Source of the DNA: Armatimonadota bacterium
GTDB taxonomy: Bacteria > Armatimonadota > Zipacnadia > Zipacnadales > UBA5352
NCBI GenBank assembly: GCA_034722055.1
Contig: JAYENL010000021.1
Location: 1 to 15,279 of the forward strand
Reading direction: 5' to 3'
DNA length: 15,279 bases
The position numbers were made by a program, and so were the translations under genes. Each line of letters opens with the position of its first letter. Position 1 is the stretch's first letter. A model generated the notes under the pieces. The model was not told the origin of the DNA. It did not search any database and saw nothing but the letters and a program-made list of their open reading frames with translations. Positions 15,165 to 15,279 of the stretch are shown one piece after another.

Positions 15165-15279
15165 TAGCCGGCTGCGTCGCGGGCCGTTGCCCGTCACCGG
15201 TGCTCCATCCGCCAACCGCACGCGAGTGCACTCGCATCCCCTAACGGCCGCACAACGACCCGCTGGCGCGGACGTCCGT

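Noticed and set aside
14799..15167. Genome-wide TAG reassignment extending FtsZ
   Set aside because: The TAG follows the conserved terminal DIPAFLRRR peptide. The downstream frame has non-coding-like codon usage and runs through palindromic repeats.
15222..15235. GAGTGC/GCACTC resembling CIRCE half-sites
   Set aside because: The half-sites overlap in reversed order with no 9-bp spacer, so this is not a CIRCE.
14925..15237. Short ORFs downstream of ftsZ on both strands
   Set aside because: No RBS, atypical codon usage, and overlap with REP-like hairpins.
1..15279. CRISPR array, tRNA/rRNA, transposase or integrase
   Set aside because: No regularly spaced repeats, cloverleaf or rRNA-like sequence, or recombinase motifs were seen.

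Overview
GC-rich bacterial chromosomal window with no rRNA, tRNA, CRISPR array or transposase. The phylum cannot be fixed from the sequence; the gene style suggests something like Armatimonadota, which is inference only. From left to right on the + strand: the 3' end of an unidentified gene, a REP-like hairpin, a stand-alone cdsA, alanine dehydrogenase (ald) and a small Arg-rich membrane protein. These converge on a minus-strand cluster of large, secreted, carbohydrate-active-looking proteins: an Fn3/GHL15-like/CBM protein, a LamG...CARDB protein and a DUF4091/GH123-like protein. Divergently transcribed from that cluster are hrcA-grpE with no dnaK behind them, then a stand-alone ftsZ with its own sigma70-type promoter, then a palindrome-rich non-coding tail. 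The main anomaly is that the three ORFs at 8083-9327, 7285-8082 and 5482-7221 are one continuous reading frame of about 1276 codons, broken only by two in-frame TAG codons, both in the context C-TAG-G. Possible explanations are amber read-through or recoding, 5mC-related C>T mutation or base-calling error, or recent pseudogenisation. TAG appears to be a real stop at the ends of ftsZ and the DUF4091 gene.
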